The notes under the pieces: model-generated
Told to the model about the DNA's origin: nothing
What the model saw: the letters and a program-made list of their open reading frames with translations, nothing else
Database searches by the model: none
Source: Infirmifilum uzonense
GTDB taxonomy: Archaea; Thermoproteota; Thermoprotei; Thermofilales; Thermofilaceae
NCBI RefSeq assembly: GCF_000993805.1
Contig: NZ_CP009961.1
Location: forward strand, 528,714 to 552,713
Direction: 5' to 3'
DNA: 24,000 bases
Made by a program: the position numbers and the translations under genes
Shown: positions 1 to 8,433 of the stretch, one piece after another
How positions within the stretch are numbered: position 1 is the first letter of the stretch
How the letters are laid out: each line of letters begins with the position of its first letter

Positions 1-798
1 GAGGCAAGGTGGAGGGCGGAGGCAGCGGTTGAACTACTGGAACAGGTGCCGCAGCGCGTCACCGAGGCGGCCCCCTTCAATGGGCAGGTGGAGCGCCTGC
101 GGGAGTTGAAGGATCTCCTTGTGAAGGCCAGCGCCTATGCCGGTCTCCTTTGGGAGTTAGTCGAGAAGCACACAGAGGCTTCCGTCGAGCTCAACAAGGC
201 GGTAGAAGCTCTATTTGATAATGGCAGCGAGACTATGGAGGTTTGGACGCGTCTTAGTGGGGATGGCATTGAGGTATTTACTGAGTACGCCCATCTTTAC
301 TTAAAAAGCTCCGGCGGGCTTCCGCTCGATATTCAGAGGGCTTTAAGGCTCGTTGGGGTAGTAAGGGCTCGCCTTAAAGGAAGTGCCAATAGTAGATCAC
401 CCCTCCTGATCTTCAACAGAGAGGATCTGCTGAGAGCTCTGCGAAGTGAAGGTTTGAAGCAAGAAGGAGTCACGGATACCAGGGAGGAGCTACCGTTCGA
501 GGAGGCTGTTAAGAGGCTGTTACGTATAGTGGAAGACCCATGCTCGCTCTTCGAGTACATTAAGAGCGCAGAAGAGCAAAATAGAGTGTGGCTACAGTTG
601 AGGCTCGAGGTGAACACTCTCGAATACTATGGGTATGATTTCGCGCTCAGGATTTGCACGAGGGGCAGCGCAGAACAGTTGCTGAAACTACTTGAGGAAC
701 GTTGTAAAATGCAGAGATTAAGGGAGCAATTGATACGGGAGTTAGAGCTTAAGGAGAGAAAAGAGCTAGAGTTGGAGTTTGAACCGATGGGAAAGTGA
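1..798 (+). CDS. Hypothetical protein, C-terminal part (frame open to the left window edge)
   Basis: Frame 1 has no stop from base 1 to the TGA at 796-798, so the listed 46..798 ORF only begins at an internal GTG. The C-terminus is helical and charged (ELELKERKELELEFE). I recognise no family motif. GC falls along the gene, from about two-thirds to about one-half in hand counts of 60-nt lines. Confidence 0.5.
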   Translation, partial: EARWRAEAAVELLEQVPQRVTEAAPFNGQVERLRELKDLLVKASAYAGLLWELVEKHTEASVELNKAVEALFDNGSETMEVWTRLSGDGIEVFTEYAHLYLKSSGGLPLDIQRALRLVGVVRARLKGSANSRSPLLIFNREDLLRALRSEGLKQEGVTDTREELPFEEAVKRLLRIVEDPCSLFEYIKSAEEQNRVWLQLRLEVNTLEYYGYDFALRICTRGSAEQLLKLLEERCKMQRLREQLIRELELKERKELELEFEPMGK

Positions 799-1062
799 GG
801 GTTACCTTTGATTCCGAACAACCCCAGCCCAGCATGTAACGCTCGATATGACGCTCGAAGAGGGCATGTGCAGGGCCTTAGGGCGCTTGTGAGCTCCACA
901 GCTGTGATTACGATTAAGGATTCAAGCTCTTATCCTTAATACTGTCTCCCATACGACTAGGCGCATCAGTATGACCACAAAAGGGGCTGGGATGAGCCGC
1001 TTCAACTCCACGGGTAGACCGCGGGTAAAAGTAAATGTGTTGGTTCTGGAGCCGGCAAACCT

Positions 1063-1070
1063 TTAAATAC
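1063..1070 (+). promoter_or_regulatory. Candidate archaeal TATA box (TTTAAATA) for the 1103 gene
   Basis: TTTAAATA lies about 35 nt upstream of the GTG at 1103 and is preceded by a purine-rich BRE-like GGCAAAC. This spacing implies a very short 5' UTR. Confidence 0.35.
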
Positions 1071-1102
1071 CCGCCACGCCTAGCTGGCTCAGGCGTAGTT
1101 GA

Positions 1103-1363
1103 GTGGAGTCTACGCGTCTAGGCGAGAACCTCCGCAGGGTGCTCGAGGCACTCTCTCGTGAAGGCGTCGCCGACCCGGCACTCCTAAGCAGGGCCACAGG
1201 CATACCCAGGGAGCGAGTAGAGCTGATACTCTTGATGCTCAGGGACATGCGTGTTCTAGAAGTAAGGGAGGGCAAGCCGGCCTGCAGCCAGGCCTGCGAG
1301 AAATGCCCGCTGGCGAGGCTCTGCCAGGGCAAGAACCTGAGGCTCTACACCCTCAAGCCGTGA
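1103..1363 (+). CDS. Small winged-helix DNA-binding protein with a C-terminal 4-Cys cluster (FeoC-like architecture)
   Basis: The wHTH-like core is LSRATGIPRERVELILLMLRDMRVLEV. It is followed by C-x3-C-x2-C-x6-C (CSQACEKCPLARLC). The start is GTG. The 3' end overlaps the convergent permease gene by 19 nt. Confidence 0.5.
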   Translation: MESTRLGENLRRVLEALSREGVADPALLSRATGIPRERVELILLMLRDMRVLEVREGKPACSQACEKCPLARLCQGKNLRLYTLKP

Positions 1364-2637
1364 GCCCTACCCCTTAGCAGCCTGTAGCCGTAGAACCACG
1401 CCAGGGCGAGCGCTACGTTGACCCCACCTGCTACGAGCGTCCTAGTCCCCAGGCTCAGGCTGAGGACAAGGCTCAGGGCCAGGCCGATGAAAGCGTGAAC
1501 CGGCACGCCCCTCAACGAGTAGTCGACCGATACTTCCCTCCTGTCGAGCCTGAGGGCCGCGAGGTTTGTGAAGACATGGGTTAGGAGGACGCTGAAGCTG
1601 GTGAACGACGCGAGCCCTGAAAGGTCGACCGTCAGCACTAGGACGAGCATGATCACGCCCGACAAAAGTATAGAGTTCACGGGGGTCCCGAAGCGCTCCG
1701 ACACCCTCGCGAGCCTCTCCGGTATCTCCCCGTTCCTAGCCATAGCGTAGAAAACCCTGGACTGCCCCATAGCCGACGTCAACACGACGCTACCCGTGGC
1801 CAGCAGGGCCCCAGCCTCCACCAAGCCCTTTATCCCAAGCCTCTCGGCTGCGACGGCTATTGGAGCAGTGCTGCTGGCAAGGGCGTCGCTCCCTACAAGC
1901 CCCACCGCCGCCACGACTACGCCGACGTAGAGGCCCATGGAGAGGACCAGGGTGACAAGTATAGCCCTCGGTATATTCCTCTCGGGATCCACGACCTCCT
2001 CGGCCATCGTGCTTATGCGTGGAAACCCTATATACGCGAAGTAGAAGAGGCCCGCGGCAGCAGCCAAGCTGCTGAGGCTCGCGGACGTCATACCTGAGAA
2101 GTGGCCGGGGTCCATGCTCAGCACTCCCAGGGCGGCGAAGACCAAGAGCACCAGGACCTTCCCCGCGACGAGAACGTTGTTCACGGAAGCCGAGACCCTA
2201 ACCCCGACAACGTTCACCAGCGTGACCAGGGCTATAAGCAGGACGGCGCCGGCAACGTGGCTAAACCATGGAAAAGCGCTCTCAAGGTAATACCCGAAGC
2301 TGAGGCTGGCGGTAGCCCCGAGCACGATGTTACCGCTAACCCAGCTCCAGCCCATCAGAAACCCCAACGCAGGGTGTAGAAGGCTACGACCATACTCGTA
2401 GACACCACCAGACCTCGGCAGCGCGGCGCCAAGCTCGGCAAAGCTCAGGCCCGTGAAGACCGCGCTGAAACCCGCGAGCACTACGGCGAGCACAACCCCA
2501 GCCCCGGCCACGCCAGCCGCGAGCCCCACGACCACGAAGATACCAGCGCCTATCACAGCCCCCAAGCCCACCGACACAGCGTCCCAGAACCCGAGCTCCC
2601 TCCTAAGCGACCCGCACACGACCCCAACAAACGTCAA
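1345..2637 (-). CDS. APC-superfamily amino acid/polyamine permease
   Basis: The 430-aa protein is strongly hydrophobic throughout, consistent with about 12 TM segments. The N-terminal signature is GFWDAVSVGLGAVIGAGIFVV, typical of APC transporters, and later motifs include FAELGAALPRSGGVYEY. GC is about 65-67% by hand count. Several long antisense ORFs are GC artefacts. Confidence 0.9.
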   Translation of the reverse strand: MTFVGVVCGSLRRELGFWDAVSVGLGAVIGAGIFVVVGLAAGVAGAGVVLAVVLAGFSAVFTGLSFAELGAALPRSGGVYEYGRSLLHPALGFLMGWSWVSGNIVLGATASLSFGYYLESAFPWFSHVAGAVLLIALVTLVNVVGVRVSASVNNVLVAGKVLVLLVFAALGVLSMDPGHFSGMTSASLSSLAAAAGLFYFAYIGFPRISTMAEEVVDPERNIPRAILVTLVLSMGLYVGVVVAAVGLVGSDALASSTAPIAVAAERLGIKGLVEAGALLATGSVVLTSAMGQSRVFYAMARNGEIPERLARVSERFGTPVNSILLSGVIMLVLVLTVDLSGLASFTSFSVLLTHVFTNLAALRLDRREVSVDYSLRGVPVHAFIGLALSLVLSLSLGTRTLVAGGVNVALALAWFYGYRLLRGRAHGLRV

Positions 2638-3307
2638 AAAATATTTAAAAATATCCCAGTATACACACCTTACCCGTAAGCTCCACCACCCACTCGTCTC
2701 TTTTAATACGAGTCAAAAGATAGAGGTTCAAAAATATAGGAAACAGATCATGGCTACAGCTCTTAACCAACCCCTATATAGCCAATGAGTCTTACCATCA
2801 TACAGATTTCCACTTTACCTCCACATTGGATAACTGCCAAGCGAGATGATAAGAAGGAAGCTCAAGGAGAAATCGGGAAGCGAGCTGCCGGAGAGGGTAG
2901 AGCAAGGCCCAGACGTTGCTAGGAGAGTGAATGAGAGGTGGAGAGAGCCTGGGACATAGGGCTTACATCAGAGTGCCCATATCCTGTACTTTGCAGAAGA
3001 AGCTAATAAACTCTTAGCGACAGACAGGGCATTTCCCAATGAAAAAGTGTCCTGCGATAAATGAATTAAATTAACCTCTAGAAGAGCTCGACAGGGGGAT
3101 AAGAAAATCATTGGTACTTTCATCGAAGATGAGCACATGTCTGAGGAAAGAGGATAAATTTAAGCTTTTTAAGAAGCTCAACAGAAGGTTATCGCTATTA
3201 CTATCCCTGAATCCTGCAGAGGAAGTTCCTCTCCAGCTGTATTTATTTTTAACCCTTCACAGCTACATTAGTAAACTTTTTTAGTAAATAAGGCGCAGTT
3301 ATTAGCG

Positions 3308-4021
3308 ATGCCGAGAAGCAACTTCTATCCGCTGCCCCTCAGGAACCTCTACAAGCTAATGACATCCCTGAGGGATCCCAATCCTGATGAGATAATGTCC
3401 ATCCTAAAGGTGAGGAGCAGGAGGACAGCTGAACAGTATGCCAAAACCATGAGCTGGATTTTGAGGAAAGTTGAAGATGCCAAGTCCATGGATGAGTTCT
3501 TCGAGAAAGTTGCTGAGGTCCTCCTTAAGGAGTACATGCTTGAGAAGGCCTTCGCCTTCCTAATGGAGAGAGGGATCCCGCTCACCCCCTCAAGCCTTTC
3601 CCTTGCAGTTAAGAAGAACGGCCTCAAGATCTGCGATACTGAGGCCAAAGCAATAATATCATGGCTGAAAGAAGGTGGATTCCTGAAGGAGAGGAAGGTG
3701 CCTATCCTGGCCCTTTCCCTGGAGGAGAGAATCCTCGAGGACATAAGGGAGAGGGGCTCCCTCACATACTCCAGCCTGAGGAAAGTGTATGGTGATGCCG
3801 CAAGAGAAGCCTTATTCTCCCTGTGGAGAAAGGGGTTGATAGAGATCCCTTCCTTCGAGAAGTACAGGCAGGTGCTTGAGAATGTAAACGACATCGATAG
3901 GATACCAGGGGGCATTTCGGGGAGGATATTCTCCACATGGCAGGACAGGATAAGCGGAGATGTATACAGCGAGCTAGTAATACCCCTCAGGGAGAGAATA
4001 TCAGCAAGGTGGAATGAATGA
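3308..4021 (+). CDS. Hypothetical protein with a wHTH-like C-terminal region; first gene of a two-gene operon
   Basis: The 237-aa ORF contains a winged-helix-like segment, ILEDIRERGSLTYSSLRKVYGDAAREALFSLWRKGLIEI. An AT-rich TATA-like TTTAGTAAATAA lies about 20-25 nt upstream of the ATG. The stop overlaps the next start in ATGA (4018-4021). Confidence 0.6.
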   Translation: MPRSNFYPLPLRNLYKLMTSLRDPNPDEIMSILKVRSRRTAEQYAKTMSWILRKVEDAKSMDEFFEKVAEVLLKEYMLEKAFAFLMERGIPLTPSSLSLAVKKNGLKICDTEAKAIISWLKEGGFLKERKVPILALSLEERILEDIRERGSLTYSSLRKVYGDAAREALFSLWRKGLIEIPSFEKYRQVLENVNDIDRIPGGISGRIFSTWQDRISGDVYSELVIPLRERISARWNE

Positions 4022-5808
4022 GCCAGCCCGACTATTTTGAGGAGATAAGGGCGCTTTATGAAAAATTCAGGAAGCTCGAGAGCTCCACAATAAGGTTGAT
4101 ACTGGACAGGTGGTCAGATAGAAGGCCGCTGGAGCTCACAATTGACCTGATGCAGGATGTTTTGACGAACTTTTCACGCTTGAAGGAGACCTCTGATGCT
4201 GTGATAAGGTATCTGAAGGATAGGGATTGGAGGGGAGCTATAATCAGTATTGTCGGGGAGTATGGGTCAGGAAAGACTCAATTGGGTCAAATTCTCCTGA
4301 GGAGGATTGAGGAAGAGGGGATATTCTCCAGGATCATCACAATAAGCCCCTTAAGGGACATGAAGGGGGTTATGCTTGAAGCTCTTGAAGCTTCTCCCGC
4401 TGAAGGGCCCGCTGTTCTCATAATAGATGAGGTGGATCAGCTTCTAGGAGAGCTAAACAAGGGAAGCAGGAGGATGATTGAGGATCTAGCTGATACAATC
4501 AGGGGGATAACTGAGGGAGGCCATGGATATCCTCCAATGGGATCCGTAGTCATGCTGCTGTCCAAGAGAGCCAGAGAAGCCCTTAGGAGCGATAAAGCCC
4601 TTGGAAGCAGGCTAATGGACAGGTCTAAGGAGTTAAGCCTATCTATGAGCGAGGATGAGAGGGAGAAAGCAAGTAAGGAGGCATTAAATAAGATAATTGC
4701 CCTCTGGATGGCATATTATGAGCACGACGATGAGATGAGGTATGCAATAAGGAGCTCCCTGGACAGAGTATATCCTTTCATGGAGAGAGTTGCCTCAGAG
4801 CTCTCGAGGACGAGAGAGATAGGGGGGATAGTGAAGGGTCTAACCGAGCTATCATCAAGGATAATTGAAAACTTAGGAAGATCTGAACAGATGGGAAGAA
4901 TAGAAGAGGGGAACTTTGCAGAGAGCCTGCTGAGGAGGTTCCTGTCGAGCGAGATGAGGAGCATACAGCTCAACGTGAGGATTGGGGATATAACAAGGGA
5001 TTACATAGCGATATTCTCTGATGAGCCCTTAAGCGCTCCAGGGGCCAGAACTGATGCTCATTTCGATGTGTGGACCTACGATGCCAGCAAAGGGGTGAAG
5101 GGTGGCGTCCTAACAACAAAAGTTGGGGTTGAGATAAAGTACGGGAAGTACTGGATAGAGAGAAAAGATCAGCTTTCAAAGATAATGAATGCCTATCCAC
5201 TGCTTCTGATATCAATAGCTGAGATGGACCCAGACGAGATAACTGACGTAAAGGTGGAGATGGGGAGAAGGTTCGACATTGTGGATATAAACCCGGACAT
5301 GTTCAGGATGATCCAGGTTCTGAGGGATGATGCTGTAATGAGGTTCCTAAGGGATTGGACAACGCTTGAGAGGGATTTGAAGGAGGCCCTGGAGGAGTTG
5401 ATGAGAGGATCTGTTAAGGTGAAGGAGGAGGCTAGCGAGCAAGATATCCTAATGGAGGCTTCTGCCAGCCTGTTAAGCTCAGTTTTTAGGGAGTTGAAGA
5501 AAGCGAAGACTTCCAAGAGGTATGATACGCTCTCAAAGCTCATAGCTAGGAGCATAGAGGGCGTGTTCAGCAAGTACGGAGAGAGGCCTCCCTCTATTCA
5601 GGATACTGTTATCTATAGAATAGTGAGAATTCTTGAGAGGGAGGGGATTGGGAGGATGAGCCAGAGCGGAAAGAGCTTTAGCTTAGACAAGGACTGCAGG
5701 CTCAAGATCGAAGAGATAGAATCCGATTTGGAGAGGAGAAGGAGGATAGAGAGGATTATATTTGATGTCCTATCTAGACCGGCTGGAGTTCAGGCACTGG
5801 AGCTTTAA
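4018..5808 (+). CDS. P-loop NTPase (AAA/STAND-like) with a PD-(D/E)xK-nuclease-like C-terminal region
   Basis: Walker A is VGEYGSGKTQ (about 4255-4281). Walker B is VLIIDEVDQL (about 4414-4437). Further on, TDAHFDVW...KVGVEIKYGK (about 5041-5150) has D...E-x-K spacing like restriction-endonuclease-fold proteins. The gene is translationally coupled to the upstream gene. Confidence 0.75.
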   Translation: MSQPDYFEEIRALYEKFRKLESSTIRLILDRWSDRRPLELTIDLMQDVLTNFSRLKETSDAVIRYLKDRDWRGAIISIVGEYGSGKTQLGQILLRRIEEEGIFSRIITISPLRDMKGVMLEALEASPAEGPAVLIIDEVDQLLGELNKGSRRMIEDLADTIRGITEGGHGYPPMGSVVMLLSKRAREALRSDKALGSRLMDRSKELSLSMSEDEREKASKEALNKIIALWMAYYEHDDEMRYAIRSSLDRVYPFMERVASELSRTREIGGIVKGLTELSSRIIENLGRSEQMGRIEEGNFAESLLRRFLSSEMRSIQLNVRIGDITRDYIAIFSDEPLSAPGARTDAHFDVWTYDASKGVKGGVLTTKVGVEIKYGKYWIERKDQLSKIMNAYPLLLISIAEMDPDEITDVKVEMGRRFDIVDINPDMFRMIQVLRDDAVMRFLRDWTTLERDLKEALEELMRGSVKVKEEASEQDILMEASASLLSSVFRELKKAKTSKRYDTLSKLIARSIEGVFSKYGERPPSIQDTVIYRIVRILEREGIGRMSQSGKSFSLDKDCRLKIEEIESDLERRRRIERIIFDVLSRPAGVQALEL

Positions 5809-5851
5809 GGGGCTTTGCTTTAGCTCGCTGTAGATGTCCTTCGCTTTGCTA

Positions 5852-5876
5852 CTTTCAATCCTCTTTAAATTGAGGC
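5852..5876 (-). repeat. Orphan CRISPR repeat copy, inverted relative to the adjacent mini-array
   Basis: CTTTCAATCCTCTTTAAATTGAGGC is the reverse complement (24/25) of the repeat at 5929-5953. The two are 52 nt apart. Confidence 0.8.
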
Positions 5877-5928
5877 AAAAATTCAATAATCTCACAAAGG
5901 GAATTGATACAGGGCCCGAGCCGAGGAA

Positions 5929-6017
5929 GCCTCAATGTAAAGAGGATTGAAAGTAATAGCTCTGATGGCAAAGTACGGCGGAGACAAGGTCGGCCTCAAT
6001 GTAAAGAGGATTGAAGG
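5929..6017 (+). CRISPR. Mini CRISPR array of a second repeat family: two repeats and one 39-nt spacer
   Basis: GCCTCAATGTAAAGAGGATTGAAAG is at 5929-5953. GCCTCAATGTAAAGAGGATTGAAGG, with one mismatch in the last bases, is at 5993-6017. The spacer is 5954-5992. The + orientation places ATTGAAAG at the repeat 3' end, and the distal copy is the degenerate one. Confidence 0.75.
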
Positions 6018-6022
6018 CAAAG

Positions 6023-6789
6023 TTAAGCTTTCTTCCAGAGTATCCAGATCAAAGCTCCAGTTATCATAAGTTTGAGTGAGATCTCAGCCACATTGAGGCT
6101 GAAGGGAATATTTAGCAGAACAGCCAATACACTGGCTACCTTCTCCCACTTGGTCATTCTCACCTTCAGCTCAAAGACCTTTGGCAGCATCACCACCATT
6201 TTAGAGCTCTCGTGTATGTAGTACTGATCTAGGTCGCTCTCGCTTGCCAGCACAGCCATAGCTGCAATCTCAGCTTTGAAGCCAGCAGTTAAGTTGAGGA
6301 CCACGTTCTTGTTCCTCCTGACCACATCCCTAGCGCTCCTCACGAGGTTTTCACTGCGCTGCTGAAGTCCCCTGTTCCGAATCCAGCCAGAGTGTGGATG
6401 CTCACATTAGCTCCGAGGGAGTGTAGGTAATCTTGAAGGACATCTGCCATGATCTTTCCAGCTTCTGTGTCGGATCTGAAGATGTGGGCCTCACTTACGA
6501 CCTCTTCCAGCTTAGAAGTCCCCTTGACCTGCTCAACATAGCTGAGGAGGCTGTTCAGCTCAGCGCTAGCAGCCTTGGGATTCCTCTCAAGGTATTTCAA
6601 CATCTCACCCTTAAGGGCGATCTTCTCATCACCACTCAAGCTCTTCAAGAATCCCTCACTTACATTGGGATCCTCGAGTTTCCTCTTAAGATCCGGATAC
6701 TTACACAACAAAGAGCTCTGGGTTAGGTTTCTGGCGAGGTTCCTCAGGAGAGATGCCCCACATGTGATGACATGAACCTCTTTTTGCAT
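6023..6789 (-). pseudogene. CARF-domain protein (APE2256-like Cas family) split by a frameshift, with a hydrophobic C-terminal tail
   Basis: ORF A (6340..6789) has VHVITCGASLLRN, SAELNSL and FRSDTEAG. ORF B (6023..6343) has LNLTAGFKAE, the second CARF signature. The two ORFs overlap in GTGA. Adding one G to the G4 run (C4 on the + strand, 6369-6372) gives one continuous frame of about 255 aa (...GFGTGGLQQRSENLVRSARDVV...). The last 40 or so aa are hydrophobic (VASVLAVLLNIPFSL, LMITGALIWILW). Confidence 0.7.
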
Positions 6790-7400
6790 GCTGAGATTAG
6801 CTCTTGGTTCTATAAAAAACTCATTAATCTTCGTATAGATTTATAAAACAGTTGGTACAATGTTAAGAAAACCCAGCCGAGATGTGCCTTCACGTCTGTT
6901 GTTAGATGCTTTTGACCTTCGATGAGGTTGGGCGGTGGCAGGTTATTTCCATCGAAGATGGAGTTATCGTCGCAATATCCACCTTTTCTTCGGAAAACCT
7001 TCTCTTGATTATTCCATATGGTCTCTATTTTATTGATGAAGCTCTTAATATAAACTTTTTATTTTTCTCCTTTCAGCTACAAAGGGGTGCGATGATGAGC
7101 CAGACCTCATTTGAGACAAGAGATCTCTTGGTCTGAAGAAGCTTATTGCTTTTTATAAAACTTGAGGGCAGAAGGATCATCATGCTGAAGACATTCCTCC
7201 AGAAATAGAAGCCGAGTACAAGCTTTGAGAGGGCTTTAACAGAGGCAAAGAGATCATCTGACAAGGCAGCACAGCTGCTGAGGGACCTTGGTGTTGAATA
7301 AGATTGCCTTGGACAAGCGTGATAGTGAAGCATGCGAACAGAGCTGGAAAGCGGAATTTATCCTCAAGGAGAGAGAACTTAAATAATTGTAAGGTGGTGT

Positions 7401-8433
7401 TTGAGGATGGAGGTAAAAGTAAGGAGGTTCAATCCGATATACGAGGCTTTTCTGAATCTCAAGAGGGTTAATGTGATGAGAGGTCCTCCTGAGACCGGCA
7501 AGTCCAACCTTCTTGAGGCTCTATCAATCTTCTCCTTCCTGGGTCAGATCAAAAACTACATGAATTCAGGCCTTGTGTCCCCTGTGAGCATAGGAGGTAG
7601 ACTCTGGTCCCTTCAAGGTCTATCTGAGATCCTGAGGATGATGACAAGAGCTAGAAAACTGGATGATATCTTCTTTGCTTTCTCAAGGGAGGAGCCCATT
7701 GAGGTGGAGCTGGATGGAAAAAGGATGAAATGCTCCTATGACAGCAAGAAGAGGGCTCTCAGCGTATGCCTTCAGGAAGAGGAGATCCTGGAAATAGATG
7801 AGTATATGAACATCAGGGCAAGGCGTGAGGGTCTTGAGGGGCTTCCAGAAAACGTGAAGTTCTACAGGTACTCCGAGGGAAAGGAGGTTCAAAAGGAGGT
7901 TTAGTTTGGGGACTTCCTTCTCCCACCCCATGGTCCAAATTTAATGTATCTCTTAAGGACAAGGGATGACCTGAGGAGGATTGCAACCAGAATTCTTGAT
8001 GATTTTAACATAAAATTTATCATTTCTGAGGGGAAAATCAAGTTCTTAAAGCCGAGAAATAGAGAGCACCTCAGAATAGAGCACCATATGCTTTCAGATA
8101 CTGTTAAGAGAACTCTTTTTTTTTGCCTGGGGGCTGTGGAGTCAAACAGGGATTCGCTGGTGTTAATGGAGGAACCCGAGGCCCACTCTTTCCCCTTTTT
8201 ACACAAAGTTCCTCGCTGAGAGAATTACATTAAGCGATAACTCCTACATTGTCACCACTCACAATCCCTACCTCCTTGAGACCCTCATGGAGAAAATTCC
8301 GGAAGGAGATATCTCTGTTTATCTCTCCAGGGCTTCAGGATGGGAGACAAAATACGAAAGAGTGGATGTAAGGAGGATCAGGGAGATAGTGGCTGAAGGA
8401 GTGGATGTCTTTTTCGAGCTTGGAGGTAGTTGA
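7401..8433 (+). pseudogene. ABC/SMC-like AAA_21-type ATPase (abortive-infection/OLD-like class), disrupted
   Basis: Walker A is GPPETGKSNLLEAL. The signature-like motif and Walker B are LSDTVKRTLFFCLGAVESNRDSLVLMEEPEAHSFP. The H-loop is YIVTTHNPYLLE. These motifs lie on three pieces. 7401..7904 and 7944..8219 share one frame, separated only by an in-frame TAG (7902-7904). The last piece (about 8199..8433) is in another frame, and removing one T from the T5 run (8196-8200) restores ...SFPFYTKFLAERI.... Confidence 0.75.

Noticed and set aside
913-940. A hairpin, ATTAAGGAT-10 nt-ATCCTTAAT, downstream of the first gene
   Set aside because: The 9-bp stem is real in the sequence. It lies about 115 nt past the stop, has no oligo-T tract as expected for archaeal termination, and no other context. 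I could not assign a function.
800-1100. A search for a tRNA, integrase or att site at the compositional boundaries (800-1100 and 2638-3307)
   Set aside because: I saw no cloverleaf-compatible sequence (no GTTCGAATC-type T-arm) and no recombinase ORF. Short ORFs at 2846-2959 and 3129-3284 have no recognisable motifs.
1568-2788. + strand ORFs (1568..1750, 2101..2379, 2453..2788) overlapping the permease, plus the 1063..1332 minus-strand ORF
   Set aside because: High GC suppresses stop codons and generates long spurious frames. Their sequences are Pro/Thr/Ala-rich with no features, while the opposite-strand genes are well supported.
5954-5992. The mini-array spacer as a self-targeting or CreA-like regulatory guide against a nearby promoter
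   Set aside because: I scanned the neighbouring intergenic regions by eye and found no convincing complementarity. A proper alignment search is needed, so this remains only a hypothesis under the mini-array finding.
6906-7333. ORFs 6906..7136 (+) and 7073..7333 (-) in the spacer between the CARF gene and the ATPase gene
   Set aside because: They overlap each other and neither shows a motif. The region contains several short frames broken by stops and looks like decayed sequence. I report only the palindrome there.
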